A stretch of 64,000 nt of DNA, taken from positions 885,608 to 949,607 of the forward strand of contig NIVC01000087.1 in assembly GCA_002269645.1 (NCBI GenBank), in the 5' to 3' direction. How positions within the stretch are numbered: position 1 is the stretch's first letter; each line of letters starts with the position of its first letter. This document shows positions 22,052 to 34,521 of this stretch, piece after piece. A program made the translations under genes and the position numbers. Below the pieces are notes generated by a model, which saw only the letters and a program-made list of their open reading frames with translations, was not told where the DNA came from and made no database searches. Origin of the DNA: Macrostomum lignano. Its lineage: Eukaryota.

Positions 22052-22859
22052 TTTGCTGCAGTTTCAAAATCGGGTTGGGACTGTGGCGCTTTCTCAATTT
22101 TTTCCTGTTTTTATTTGTCTGGGGTTAATTGCTCGCCTTTTCGCTCTAATTAGCCTTCCATTTGCTAATGATGGGAGGCGAAACACCACCGAATATTCCC
22201 TCTCTAGGGAGCAGCAGAATTGAAATTCAAATCAGGCCAGTTGCTACTCACTTGCTTTTACAAAGAAGCTCTCTCTTGCTCTTCGAGTGTTGCGATCAAA
22301 TTTAACGAGAAAAATCTGCTGTCTTCTTGTCTCTCTGGGTTTTTTGTGTCCCGAAACAGGCGGCGAGCCGGCCGCTAAGGGGGGCCGGCGTTGCTTTTAT
22401 TTTGTCCTCGAATGCAATTCCCCAAGGCAGTCGGGGAGAATTCGGATGAAAGTCTGGGGATTGGCGCGGGCGGACACGCAGCTGAGCGGCGCCCACCTAT
22501 GGGGTCTCAACTGCTATCGAGTCCCGCTAATCTGACAGAGATCTGTCTAAGCGATGAGTCTGCGCTCCCAGCATCTCCCATCGGAGTTGTTCATTGCAGT
22601 TACATAGTGAAATCGCTTCATCTGGGTTTGGAAATTATTTTTTTTAGAAATTCTACAAAATCTCTACTCACTTGTGGAGCTGCGTGACAGCAGTGGAAGA
22701 CAATGTAGGGGATGCAGATCCCCTGGGAGCGATAACTCCGCTTGCCAAGATAAAAATATTTTATGCTTTTCATGCCTGAACTCTTCTATTGACGATTCAC
22801 TACGCTCGCCTGCTGGGTGAGTGCCTCAGTCCTGACCAGATCTGGCAGTTTGATGACAA

Positions 22860-23290
22860 TGATGCATCATTCACATTCACGCTGATGCTGTGCATCATTC
22901 ACATTCACGCTGCTGTGAATGTTGCTACAGCTGCTGTGATGCTGTACATCATTCACATTCACGCTGATGCTGTGCATCATTCACATTCACGCTGATGCTG
23001 TGCATCATTCACATTCACGCTGATGCTGTGCATCATTCACATTCACCGGTGAGCTGTCTCACTCAGATTTACCGGTGAACTGTCTCATTCACATTCACCG
23101 GTGAGCTGTCTCATTCAGATTCACCGGTGAGCTGTCTCATTCACATTCACCGGTGAGCTGTCTCATTCACATTCACCGGTGAGCTGTCTCATTCACATTC
23201 ACCGGTGAGCTATCTCACTCAGATTCACCGGTGAACTGTCTCATTCACATTCACCGGTGAGCTGTCTCATTCACATTCCCCGGTGAGCTG
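22860..23290. repeat. Compound 28-bp then 26-bp minisatellite
   Basis: gctgatgctgtgcatcattcacattcac changes to cattcacattcaccggtgagctgtct; both share cattcacattcac. Confidence 0.85.
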
Positions 23291-23984
23291 TCTGGATAAA
23301 TTCCCTCTGCCCTTAGTGACCCCTGATTAAGCTGGAGGCTGAAGTGCAAAATGGCATCGTCAGTTATTTCAAAAGGGCAATTGCCACCTATCAGTTAGAG
23401 CCCTCATTAGCAAGCGCTGCACCTGTTGCAGTCCACAGTGAACAGTTGAGGGAGCAGCCCTCCCGACTAATAAACTGAGGCCAAAGCGCTTGAATTAAAA
23501 TATCATAATCTCGATCCTTTATGATGAGGCGGTTCTCTCTCAGCCTCTCAGCCTCTGATCCGACTCGTCAGTAGTTCCGCCAGTCAGAGGCCAGCAGCAG
23601 CGCCATCTGAGTACTTGTAGCTGAGTATGAAGAGAAATAAATACTATCAGCTACAGAGGTGGGTGTCCTAATCATGGAGCTTTAAACAAAATTACAGGAA
23701 TTGGACCAGTGCGGCCTGGAAATGTGATTATAACAAAATTCTAATTTAATTGCACAAAATATTTTTAACAATTTATTCAATCGTGCAGAGGGTTTTTGCT
23801 AAAATAAATGCTTGATGGTGGCTGAAATGAGTGTCTATGTGCTGAGAAAGTGATTTTGCGCCAAAATTGTGAATGAGCGCCAAGGCGCGTGATTAGGCGC
23901 GCAAATTGGCGCAGCGATGCGTCAAAGAATGAGTCCAGAGCAGTAATAATCAAATTTTTGCGAAGTAGATTTTACAGTACAAGC

Positions 23985-24412
23985 CAATCTGAGAAGCCAC
24001 ATTTGAGAAGCAGCATTTGAGAAGCAGCATTTGAGAAGCAGCATTTGAGAAGCAGCATTTGAGAAGCAGCATTTGAGAAGCAGCATTTAAGAAGCCACAT
24101 TTGAGAAGCAGCATTTGAGAAGCAGCATTTGAGAAGCAGCATTTGAGAAGCAGCATTTAAGAAGCCACATTTGAGAAGCCACATTTGAGAAGCAGCATTT
24201 GAGAAGCAGCATTTGAGAAGCAGCATTTAAGAAGCCACATTTAAGAAGCCAAATTTGAGAAGCCAAATTTGAGAAGCCAAATGTGAGAAGCCAAATGTGA
24301 GAAGCCAAATTTGAGAAGCCAAATGTGAGAAGCCAAATGTGAGAAGCCAAATTTGAGAAGCCAAATGTGAGAAGCCAAATGTGAGAAGCCAAATTTGAGA
24401 AGCCAAATTTGA
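23985..24412. repeat. 14-bp minisatellite with two sub-blocks
   Basis: gagaagcagcattt followed by gagaagccaaattt/atgt. Confidence 0.9.
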
Positions 24413-24575
24413 GAAAAAATCTCCTGTGCGGCACCCCCAGTTGCCAGCTTTTTAGAACTCCACGAATTTATAACCCTTCTCAGGTAAAACAAAACTTGTG
24501 AGTAGCCGACTGTAGTGGCGGGTCGGCATGGGATGGGGTAGATAAATGCTGCATAGCCGGCCTCCCATCCCCTAG

Positions 24576-24928
24576 CAAAGTTGCACCGGGCCCAGGGCAA
24601 ACGCAAGCAAAGTGCCGCAAACCACAGGGCGATGCAGACGGGAAGTCGACAGAAGCAGCAGCAGGAGTTGAAGGATGAAGCCAGCGCCAGCAGCGCCAGC
24701 AGCGCCAGCAGCGCCAGCTCAGACACCGAGCTCAAAAAGTCTGAGAAGGCCAAGAGCCAGACCAGCAAGCAGCAGCAACAGCAGAAGAAGAAGAAAAAGA
24801 AGAGCAAGAAGAGCAAGAAATCGTCCCAGCCGGCTCAGTCGGCTGCACGGATGTCGAAATTTGGCGGCAAGAGTCGAACAAACGGCGGAGGCAAAAAGCG
24901 GGGCAGCGAGATGTGCGCTGTGCTGTGA
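24576..24928 (+). CDS. Lys/Ser-rich ORF or terminal exon ending in a CaaX motif (CAVL*)
   Basis: ...QQQQKKKKKKSKKSKK...GGKKRGSEMCAVL*. Candidate acceptor cccctag at 24575, or own ATG at 24632 (98 aa). Confidence 0.6.
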
Positions 24929-25015
24929 TTGCAGGACCGAAGTCCCAAATCAGGGATTCCAGTTTTGTTAAATCTCGATTTTCTTAAGCCAAAACCTAGT
25001 TATATTATTTATTTG

Positions 25016-25480
25016 AGCTTGAGTCAGCGGGAACTTGAGTCAGCGGGAACTTGAGTCAGCGGGAACTTGAGTCAGCGGGAACTTGAGTCAGCGGGAACTT
25101 GAGTCAGCGGGAACTTGAGTCAGCGGGAACTTGAGTCAGCGGGAACTTGAGTCAGCGGGAACTTGAGTCAGCGGGAACTTGAGTCAGCGGGAACTTGAGT
25201 CAGCGGGAACTTGAGTCAGCGGGAACTTGAGTCAGCGGGAACTTGAGTCAGCGGGAACTTGAGTCAGCGGGAACTTGAGTCAGCGGGAACTTGAGTCAGG
25301 GAACTTGAGTCAGCGGGAACTTGAGTCAGGGAACTTGAGTCAGCGGGAGCTTGAGTCAGGGAGCTTGAGTCAGGGAGCTTGAGTCAGGGAGCTTGAGTCA
25401 GCGGGCTTGAGTCTTGAGTCAGGGAGCTTGAGTCAGGGAGCTTGACTTGAGTCAGGGAGCTTGAGTCAGGGAACTTAGTC
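25016..25480. repeat. 16-bp minisatellite containing TGAGTCA (AP-1 consensus) in each unit
   Basis: Unit gagtcagcgggaactt, about 28 copies, degenerating at the 3' end. Confidence 0.95.
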
Positions 25481-26029
25481 AGTTTCAAAAAGTCGATTTT
25501 TTATTGAATGGCAATTTCCATCGGTAATTAATTTTAACAATAGTCTACAGCTTAAATTATTAATTATCCCAGTGAGCTGATTAATGACACCAGAATCCCA
25601 AAATTATACCCTGCGCTATAATTTATAGTTATACAGTATTGCTTATTACGGCATTTGACAAAGTTTCTCAACACTATACTGCAAAGATTTCGTTGTCAAA
25701 GCCTTAATCAATCAGGCAGCCTAGGCGCCCATCGGCATTTTCATTTGACTTACGATTGTAATTAATAGAACTAATATTGCAGCGCCGTGTCTGTCTAACC
25801 CTAGCTCTTAGCCTCGTATTTATTACATGTAATTTATATATTAATACAATTATTAAATCTTTTATTAAAGTGTACCAGGTATCGCCACAACAGAAAATCT
25901 AATTTTAACAGCAATACAGATACAACCAATGTAACAGATCGTATTTGCGAAAGACTGCGTTTTTATTTCAAGAAACTTTTAACTCCAAAAATTCATTGCA
26001 TCATTTCCAATTATTTGCTAGCACACCAA

Positions 26030-26872
26030 CCAAGCTTCCGTTCTGGAACTCCCACTCTACAACCGAGCATCCGTTCTGGAACTCCCACTCTACAACCGAG
26101 CTTCCCATCTGGAACCTCCGCCCTACAACCGAGCTTCCCATCTGGAACCTCCGCCCTACAACCGAGCTTCCCATCTGGAACCTCCGCCCTACCACCGAGC
26201 TTCCTATCTGGAACCTCCGCCCTACAACCGAGCTTCCCATCTGGAACCTCCGCCCTACCACCGAGCTTCCCATCTGGAACCTCCGCCCTACAACCGAGCT
26301 TCCTATCTGGAACCTCCGCCCTACAACCGAGCTTCCCATCTGGAACCTCCGCCCTACAACCGAGCTTCCCATCTGGAACCTCCGCCCTACAACCGAGCTT
26401 CCTATCTGGAACCTCCGCCCTACGACCGACCGAGCTTTCCATCTGGAACCTCCGCCCTACAACCGAGCTTCCCATCTGGAACCTCCGCCCTACAACCAAG
26501 CTTCCTATCTGGAACCTCCGCCCTACGACCGACCGAGCTTCCCATCTGGAACCTCCGCCCTACGACCGACCGAGCTTCCCATCTGGAACCTCCGCCCTAC
26601 AACCGAGCTTCCCATCTGGAACCTCCGCCCTACAACCGAGCTTCCTATCTGGAACCTCCGCCCTACGACCGACCGAGCTTTCCATCTGGAACCTCCGCCC
26701 TACAACCGAGCTTCCCATCTGGAACCTCCGCCCTACGACCGAGCTTCCCATCTGGAACCTCCGCCCTACAACCGAGCTTCCTATCTAGAACCTCCGCCCT
26801 ACAACCGAGCTTCCCATCTGGAACCTCCGCCCTACAACCGAGCTTCCCATCTGGAACCTCCGCCCTACGACC
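26030..26872. repeat. 33-bp minisatellite
   Basis: Unit ctggaacctccgccctacaaccgagcttcccat, with periodic 37-bp variants (+cgac). Confidence 0.92.
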
Positions 26873-28204
26873 GATCTTAGCAGAAACTGTGGAAACTGCC
26901 ATAAACAGTAAACAGAAAAGCGCAGAGTTTCAAAATTCGGGGATACTAGCGCACAATTAGTTTTTATCAGAATTTAAATCAGAATTTAAATCAGAATTAA
27001 ACGCTAATTTCTTATAAGTCGATCATGTTTTAAAAGACAAAAAATAGTGTATACCTGGCCTTTATTGTTCATCTTTATATAGCAAACAGTTTACTTAATA
27101 GTTGGCCTACTAACAAGTAGCGAGAGAAGAATGTGAAGCCCGAGTACAAAACAACGCTTTGAGCAGTTCGCAGTTAAACGTGGCCTGCCGTCCGCCGGGG
27201 GGGGGGGTGGGTGGCTTGGGCACTGCAGTAAAACAAGACGGCACAAATATCGACCCGCAGTTATGTCTACTTCGCAGCTGACCCCTGCAAGGGCGCTGCT
27301 GTGTCCTCCTTGATGGTGGGATGCGGGAGAGGGCGGCGTACAAGGACAACTTAATTTGATCAAATCTAGAACCTGGAGCGAGGACTCCAATGAAAATTGC
27401 TTTTAATTTATAACTTTGAAGACGATTGAAGTTGAAATTCCAGATTCTACACCAATTACTGATCGAGTCTCCTTGACAGAAAAATTCGAGGGACTCGAGA
27501 TTAGAAGAGGAATCAGATGATAAAAAAGAAGGTTGCAAAATAAGGGTATCAAAGACACCTGTCTAGATTCGTGGACCTCCAAGTAGCAGCAGCCCGGACT
27601 AGAAACGAGCGGAAAATTTAATTGGTTTTTCGTCGAATTTATTAACTCTTTGAAACTCAATTCTCAGCACATGTGCTTCGGTGGTTGGTCCTCATGGCTG
27701 CGAATCTCACGACAACCTCCCGGCCAAGTTTTCCCGCACACAAGCCACAAACGGAATCGAACCAGGGGTCGCGGCGCCTCTGGTATAGTAGTTAATTGGA
27801 TTATAAATAATATCAACAAAAACGCTGACATGTATTAAAAAAATTACGCTATCATTATTATTATTGTTACGTTAGAGTTTAGCCGAGATATTACTTGTTT
27901 TTGTCCCGGTTCCAGTCCAGAGGCTTATATCCAGGCATCCTTGATAGGGTATTTTCTGTCAAATATTGCCATTCGACCAGCGCGCCTATTACAGCTTTTA
28001 CAGATTCGCGTGGGCGCTCGCCCTCGGCTAATAAACTGTACTCACCTCTGTGTGATTGGCTGCGCTCACCTATAAATTATTCAGAGACGACTTGCTCTTG
28101 ATGAAGCTTTCATATGCAATATCATAATTTCACTCAATCGTAAGTAACCACCATTTGGATTCTCCATTGCCTAAGGCATTGTCTAGGTTTTCAACCCTTC
28201 AGGG

Positions 28205-29455
28205 GGATATTGCTTTGATTCCCCAACCCCTACAGGAAGATATCGCGAGATTCCCCAACCCATTCAGGAAGATATCGCGAGATTCCCCAACCCATTCAGG
28301 AAGATATCGCGAGATTCCCCAACCCATTCAGGAAGATATCGCGAGATTCCCCAACCCATTCAGGAAGATATCGCGAGATTCCCCAACCCATTCAGGAAGA
28401 TATCGCGAGATTCCCCAACCCATTCAGGAAGATATCGCGAGATTCCCCAACCCATTCAGGAAGATATCGCGAGATTCCCCAACCCATTCAGGAAGATATC
28501 GCGAGATTCCCCAACCCATTCAGGAAGATATCGCCAAGATTCCCCAACCCATTCAGGAAGATATCGCGAGATTCCCCAACCCATTCAGGAAGATATCGCG
28601 AGATTCCCCAACCCATTCAGGAAGATATCGCGAGATTCCCCAACCCATTCAGGAAGATATCGCCAAGATTCCCCAACCCTTCAGGAGGATATCGCCAAGA
28701 TTTCCCAACCCTTCAGGAGGATATCGCCAAGATTTCCCAACCCTTCAGGAGGATGTCTCTAAGATTCCCCGACCCTTCAGGAGGATGTGCCTTGATTCCC
28801 CAACCCTTCAGAAGGATATCGCCGATAATCCCCAACCTTTCATGAGGATATCGCGAGATTCCCCAACCCTTGAGGAGGATATCACCGAGATTCCCCAACC
28901 CATTCAGGAGGATATCGCCGAGATTCTCCAACCCTTCAGGAGGATGTCTCTAAGATTCCCCAACCCTTCAGAAGGATATCGCGAGATTCCCCAACCCTTG
29001 AGGAGGATATCGCCGAGATTCCCCAACCCTTCAGGAGGATATCGCCGAGATTCCCCAACCCTTCAGAAGGATATCGCCGATAATCCCCAACCTTTCATGA
29101 GGATATCGCGAGATTCCCCAACCCTTGAGGAGGATATCACCGAGATTCCCCAACCCATTCAGGAGGATATCGCCGAGATTCTCCAACCCTTCAGGAGGAT
29201 GTCTCTAAGATTCCCCAACCCTTCAGAAGGATATCGCGAGATTCCCCAACCCTTGAGGAGGATATCGCCGAGATTCCCCAACCCTTCAGGAGGATATCGC
29301 CGAGATTCTCCAACCCTTCAGGAGGATGTGCCTTGATTCCCCAACCCTTCAGAAGGATATCGCCGAGATTTCCCAACCCTTCAGGAGAATGTCTCTAAGA
29401 TTCCCCAACCCTTCAGGAGAATGTCTCTAAGATTCCCCAACCCTTCAGGAGGATT
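28205..29455. repeat. 31-32-bp minisatellite
   Basis: Unit gattccccaacccattcaggaagatatcgcga. Confidence 0.92.
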
Positions 29456-30174
29456 TCGCTGCATGTATAATTCTCTCTATTTCAACACCGCTACTCCATA
29501 GCTCGCATCTGTGACCCACTTTCCGCGCAATTTTCAGGCTACCTGCAATAGCAATTCGAGAGCAACAATGCTGAGGCTGAGCAGAGTTTGCTTCGCATTA
29601 GCAATTTCGCTGCTTGTAGTTGACATTGGCGCTCCAACTGCAATCTACAAGCTTGGGTGCACTGTGCGGTGCAACTTTACTATGTGTGGCTTTCCAGCAA
29701 TCAGGTGCATCAAGTCGGCGCCGCGACTAGAATCCGCCGCTGAACCAACCGCGTTCGGGCAGGTGCAACTTGCGCTGTTATGGCTTATTAACACTACTGT
29801 CGCCATCTATCTGATCTTAATTATCCTGATGTGCCAGGTGCTGGTGCAGCGTGGCAATTTCAATAGAAAGCTACCGGTTTGCGCCCGTTCCAGGTATCAC
29901 GCTAAAGCCAAGAAGCCTACCGTGGCTAAGCCTGATGATGGTGATGTCAGCCATGTTTGACATTTGCATCACCCGACTCTAATTAACAATGACTCAAACT
30001 GTTAAACAATATCCCAATTGCAAACAGCCATAGCCTGCTTTAAACTGGCAAACAAATAAACTGGCCGCAATGATTTGAGAACTTTAAAGTTCTATACCCT
30101 ATTAGAGGCAGAATAAATCTTCAACTTCTGCTATTTGTGGACATAGTTAATCTGCTGTCGGATCTCGCTGCTGC

Positions 30175-30492
30175 TGATTGGCCTTCTCAAATCTCTGCTT
30201 GGCTGGCCGCCATCCTCATTTTCCGTCTCCTAATCAAGCTCTCTGATTGGCTGGCCGCTACCATTATTTTCGTCTCCTAACCAAGCTCTCTAATTGGCTG
30301 GCCGCTATCCTAATCAAGCTCTCCGATTGGCTGGCCGCTACCATTATTTTAGTCTCCTAACCAAGCTGAACACCACTTCCTTTCTGTCCCTTTACTTCTA
30401 CGAGCATTGATTGGCCGGCATAAGATTCTTTCCCTTTACAAAAAGCTATTTGATTGGCAGTAATTTCATCGCCGTTCTCGATTGGCTGGCCG
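30175..30492. promoter_or_regulatory. Cluster of about 7 ATTGG (reverse CCAAT) boxes, mostly gattggctggccgc
   Basis: Repeated (g/a)attgg motifs, several followed by ctggccgc. No function shown. Confidence 0.3.
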
Positions 30493-31356
30493 TGTTACAC
30501 TATCGATGGCGCTTGCTCCATTTGCATGTCAATAAAATGTACTAAAAAATAAGGAACACCAAAGCCTCTTCCAATTTTAGATATGGCATAAAAAGTTTGA
30601 CGGGTTCTTATTTCTGAAAACAAAAGAGTAAACTTTAAACAATTTAGAATGAACCGGAGCTTTCCCACAGATTGCATCGATGTACCACGGAGCGTTATTA
30701 AAATCTAGTAAAATATTAAAAATAGTTATTTAGAAAACGAGTCAAACAAAGGGCGTGCAATGGTAGGCAAGATAGAGGGCGAAATCTGAATTATGCCACC
30801 ATATTTTTACTATAATAAAAATTTCTGACCCGATGAGCAAAGTTTTGCAATTTGAATCAATAAAAAGTTTCTAAACGGAAGCGAAAGCATTAGATTTCTG
30901 AGCAAAATATTTCGAATTTGTTATAACAGTAAAACAAGTTGACGAAGTTCACTGCATACAGTAAAAAAATGGAAATTTCGCCACAAGAGGCTATTTAAAC
31001 AAAAAAGCGCCAATTTGAAAAGTTTTCATTTTTAAAAGCTGGCAAAAGAATTTGCGTGCTTTTGCAAGCTTTTTGTTAGTCTATAAATTTCAATCGATCC
31101 AAGCTGGCAGTTTCTGGCAGTCTCGAACCAACTTCCGAACTATGATATGAAAAAGCGTTTTGCAAAAGCCAAGCAAATCTTTCGCAGCGCAAAAAAATCT
31201 TAAATTGAAGTTTCGATGAGAAAGTGCCGAATAATATTGCTGAGGCAGCGAAGGGCAGGGAGAAGGGCAGGGCAGTAACGGCTATTAGCGTGGCACTGGG
31301 GAGCGGGATTGCTGTGGAAGCACTAACACCGAAGGGAAAAACTAAAAACAATATTT

Positions 31357-31400
31357 TTTATTCGTTTTTAATAGAATTTTTTTCATTTTTTTGATAAAAA
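31357..31400 (-). promoter_or_regulatory. CPE (UUUUUAU, 31400-31394) plus AAUAAA hexamer (31362-31357) in the putative CPEB1 3' UTR
   Basis: Motifs read directly on the minus strand, 170-215 nt after the stop codon. Confidence 0.55.
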
Positions 31401-31571
31401 TGTCGAATGAACAAAATCTAAACAAAAAGATCCGTACGGTAAGCTAAGAGAACAAAGAACAAACAAAGCTTTAGAAACAACGCCGGCCCTCTAATTCAAA
31501 AGCGGCGCTAGTCCGGTGAAAAATATGCAAATTGCACTTGCGATGCACAAAAACTGTCTTGTTCCCATTGC

Positions 31572-34521
31572 TCACTTCTTGTCGGGCAGGTTGGTCTTGA
31601 AGGTGCGGCGCAGCGGCTTGTGCGAGTACACCTGGTCGGAGCCGTTGCCGTGCCACAGGTTCCAGCAGCTCGGGCAGAAGTAACGAAAGCACTCAAAAGC
31701 GCGGCAGAAGTAGATGCCGGGCGACACGAAGCAGTGGTTGCACATGCTGTCCTCCAGGTACGGGTCGATTTGAATCTGGGATGAAGTTTTTAATTAGAAG
31801 CAAATAAATGTAACGATTGCAAGCGTGTCAGACTACTGCTGTAAGTAGAGTAAAACAAGTTTTTAGTTAAATTTTTAAACCTCTCGTAATACGCAGATTT
31901 CGGGCGGCTTCAAGAATCTGTTGATAAATATCAGATGAAGAAAACAGAAACAAGCTAAATATATAAAGTTTCTGTACTTTGCTTTCCTTATACATTTGGT
32001 TCCAATTGAGTCGTCGTGTTTTGAGCAACCTAAAACCTGCTGTATAGTGTTATGACCATCAAAAAAACAAATTACAATACTAACTGAATGGGCCGCTTTA
32101 GGTATTATTTGTTAAGCGTTCCTCTACCTTCAGTAGCAAGGACGAATGCTTAAGCTATTTTATGAAAAGAAAAACAAAAAGCTCTTGCAAACGTAAACAG
32201 TTAGCTATATTGGTGCAGCCATAATGCACAGGAGGCAGGAGCCAGCGTTACTAAAAATGTACATGTATGTACATCGTGGCAGATTCAGGCTGGAATATTA
32301 AACTGTACGGTGGGGCGGGGGACAGACGTTTAATGAGAAAGAGACCGTCGTAAGAGGGCCTCTGCGAGTTTAACTTGCTAACTGAACTAAAGGTTGGCTA
32401 ATCTATCTACCTGTAAACCGGCAAGTAAACAGAATGAACTCTCCAGAGCTTACCGTCTTGGTGAACTTAGCCGTGCGCACCTCGACAAAGTTGGCTTGCA
32501 CAGCTTTCATGTAGGAGCGCTGGCTGGTGAAGGCCACCCGGCCGGAGCCAATGGGGTACTTGTACTTGTCAGTGTCCAGGGCGGCGAAGGCCACGTTGCC
32601 GAACAGGTCGTTCATGATGGTGGCGAGCGCCTCGGCGGTGATCATGCCGTGCAGAGCGCCGATGAACACTGTGCGCTTGGCGTCCAGCCTGTGCGAGCCC
32701 TGCTTGGTGAACTGAGAATCGTTGATGCACCAAGGGATCACCTGCACCTCCTTGGCCTTCATCTTGCTGCTGCTGATCTTGAAATAGTACTCACCGATGT
32801 TAGTGGCGTCGCGGGTGCACTGCTTGAGCAGGTTGCGCACGGAGAGCTCTTGGTCGAAGATCAGATAGCAGTAGCCTCTCGGTGACGAGCGAATCTGCAC
32901 GTTCGAGGCCTCGCGAGCCGGCCAGAGCACCTGCAGTGTGCCGAAGCGCAGGAAAGCCTGCTGCAGGTCGAGGTCGCTGACGTCCCAGGGCACACCACCG
33001 AGAAAGACTTTGCGCGAGAAGATGGCATTTTTGTAGACGCGAACGGGCAGCTTGCCAGACCAGTGGTGGTGCGCGTCGCTCGTAGAGGCAGAGTTCCGGT
33101 AGAAGCTGGCCGCCTTCTCAATCTCGTCGTCGCTGTTTGTCATCAAGTTTCGGTAGAGCGCCGCCATGGAGGACACTTCCTCGTGGTAGTTCGGCTGGCC
33201 GGCTCCACCGCCGCGGGCTCCGGAAGCAGCCGCTGCAGCTGCCAGGGCCAGCGAGGACCCGGCGGCGCCTTCCATCTGCTGCTCCGATGAGGTGACCGCA
33301 CGGAGCGACTGGTTTGCTGCGGCCGCAGCAGCGGCGGCGGCAGCGGATGGCGGTCCGCCAGCTCCTGGAGCACCGGGCAGCTGGGCGCTGCTGCCAATAA
33401 CCGATGCGGCAGCGGCGGCGGCAGCGGCAGCTGCAGCTGGATTATTGCCCGGCCATTGGTACGGATACTGGCTTCCGGTATTGAACAGCTTCAGAAGCTC
33501 CGCGCTGTAGAGCTGCAGTTGAGTCTCCTGCTGCTGGCGTCTCATCTCTTCTAGCCAGTAGGCCCTGATGAGGTCCTGGTTGAAGCCGGTGGCCGCGGCA
33601 GCTCCCGGTGGCACCAGAGGCGGCTGCTGCTGTTGGCCATAGGCGACGCTTACAGCTGGGTTGCTCAGCAGCTGGGCGAGTGCCGCCTGGCTCTGCATTT
33701 GTGCCTTCTGAGCCTCGGTCAGGCTGCTGGCTTGGTGGTGCTGCTGCTGCTGGTGGTTGAACTGGCGATTGTTGGACTGCTGTTGCTGCTGCTGGTGAGG
33801 CGACTGGTGCGCTTGCTGTTGCTGATGCTGCGCACTCTCGGCTTGGCTCGCCGCGGTTTTCTGCTGCTGCTGCTGTCCGCCTTCGCCGCCGAAAATCGAG
33901 TCGGATAAGTCCGTGCCGCTGGAAATGCCGCTGGAGTCCATTGGCTCGGAGCCCATAGACGTATTGCCGCTCTTACGGCCGCTGTGCTGGGAGCTGCGAA
34001 TCGCGCGAAAGCCAGCCGCCTCTAGATTGGTCTTGGGCGTCTGCATAGCGGACGACACAGAGGGAGAGTTGGCTGCCGCCAGATTCATGTTCTCATTGGT
34101 TGGAGTTGGGGTGAGACCCGTGCCCAGGCTCTGGATGCCGAACAGAGACTGCAGCGGATTGGGACTGGCGTAGTGGTCGTGGTGCATGGACCAGATGCTG
34201 TTGTTATTCATGTCGGAGCCTGCGCAAATCCGGGGTGGGTGGGAGACTGGTTTTCAGCATTGAGAAATCAGATGACGAGCGGAAAAGGAATTCTGTTGCC
34301 GCTTTAGCCTAAAATTTGGACAGATGTTTCTTCAACTGTTTGAGCCTATTTAAGTCGGGGACTCGGGGGGGGGGCTTTTTCAAAGTTTCGTCACGGTGCA
34401 GATTCAATAAATGCGAGACAAGAAAAGGCGCAGACTAAAGCAAGCAAAGTGTGCACGTACTCTCAAACTTTAGCGTCCCAGAGTCGGCAGTGGAGTCGCC
34501 AAGCGTGTGATCCAGAATCAT
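31572..34521 (-). CDS. CPEB1: Cytoplasmic polyadenylation element-binding protein, CPEB1/Orb class; exons 34521-34461, 34219-32454, 31775-31572 (~676 aa)
   Basis: RRM1 FSRKVFLGGVPWD, RRM2 RTVFIGALHGM..DTDKYKYPIGSGRVAF, ZZ domain IQIDPYLEDSMCNHC..YFCRAFECFRYFCPSCWNLWH. Junctions are GT-AG and phase-consistent; the first coding exon is less certain. Confidence 0.95.

Noticed and set aside
24241-24816. 191-aa minus-strand ORF with a hydrophobic N-terminus
   Set aside because: Antisense of the poly-Lys/Gln ORF (giving poly-Phe/Leu/Cys) running into a 14-bp array.
27091-27660. Several 85-142-aa ORFs
   Set aside because: No motifs recognised; possibly a decayed TE, but unsupported.
25945-29376. 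ORFs of 160-390 aa with TTELPIWNLRP or FPNPFRKISRD repeats
   Set aside because: Translations of 33-bp and 32-bp minisatellites, open in several frames and on both strands.
29511-29960. 149-aa ORF with a signal-like segment
   Set aside because: GTG start, no recognisable domain or splice support, and composition unlike the real genes here.
32394-34173. Plus-strand and alternative-frame ORFs over CPEB1
   Set aside because: Antisense shadows of a GC3-rich coding exon.
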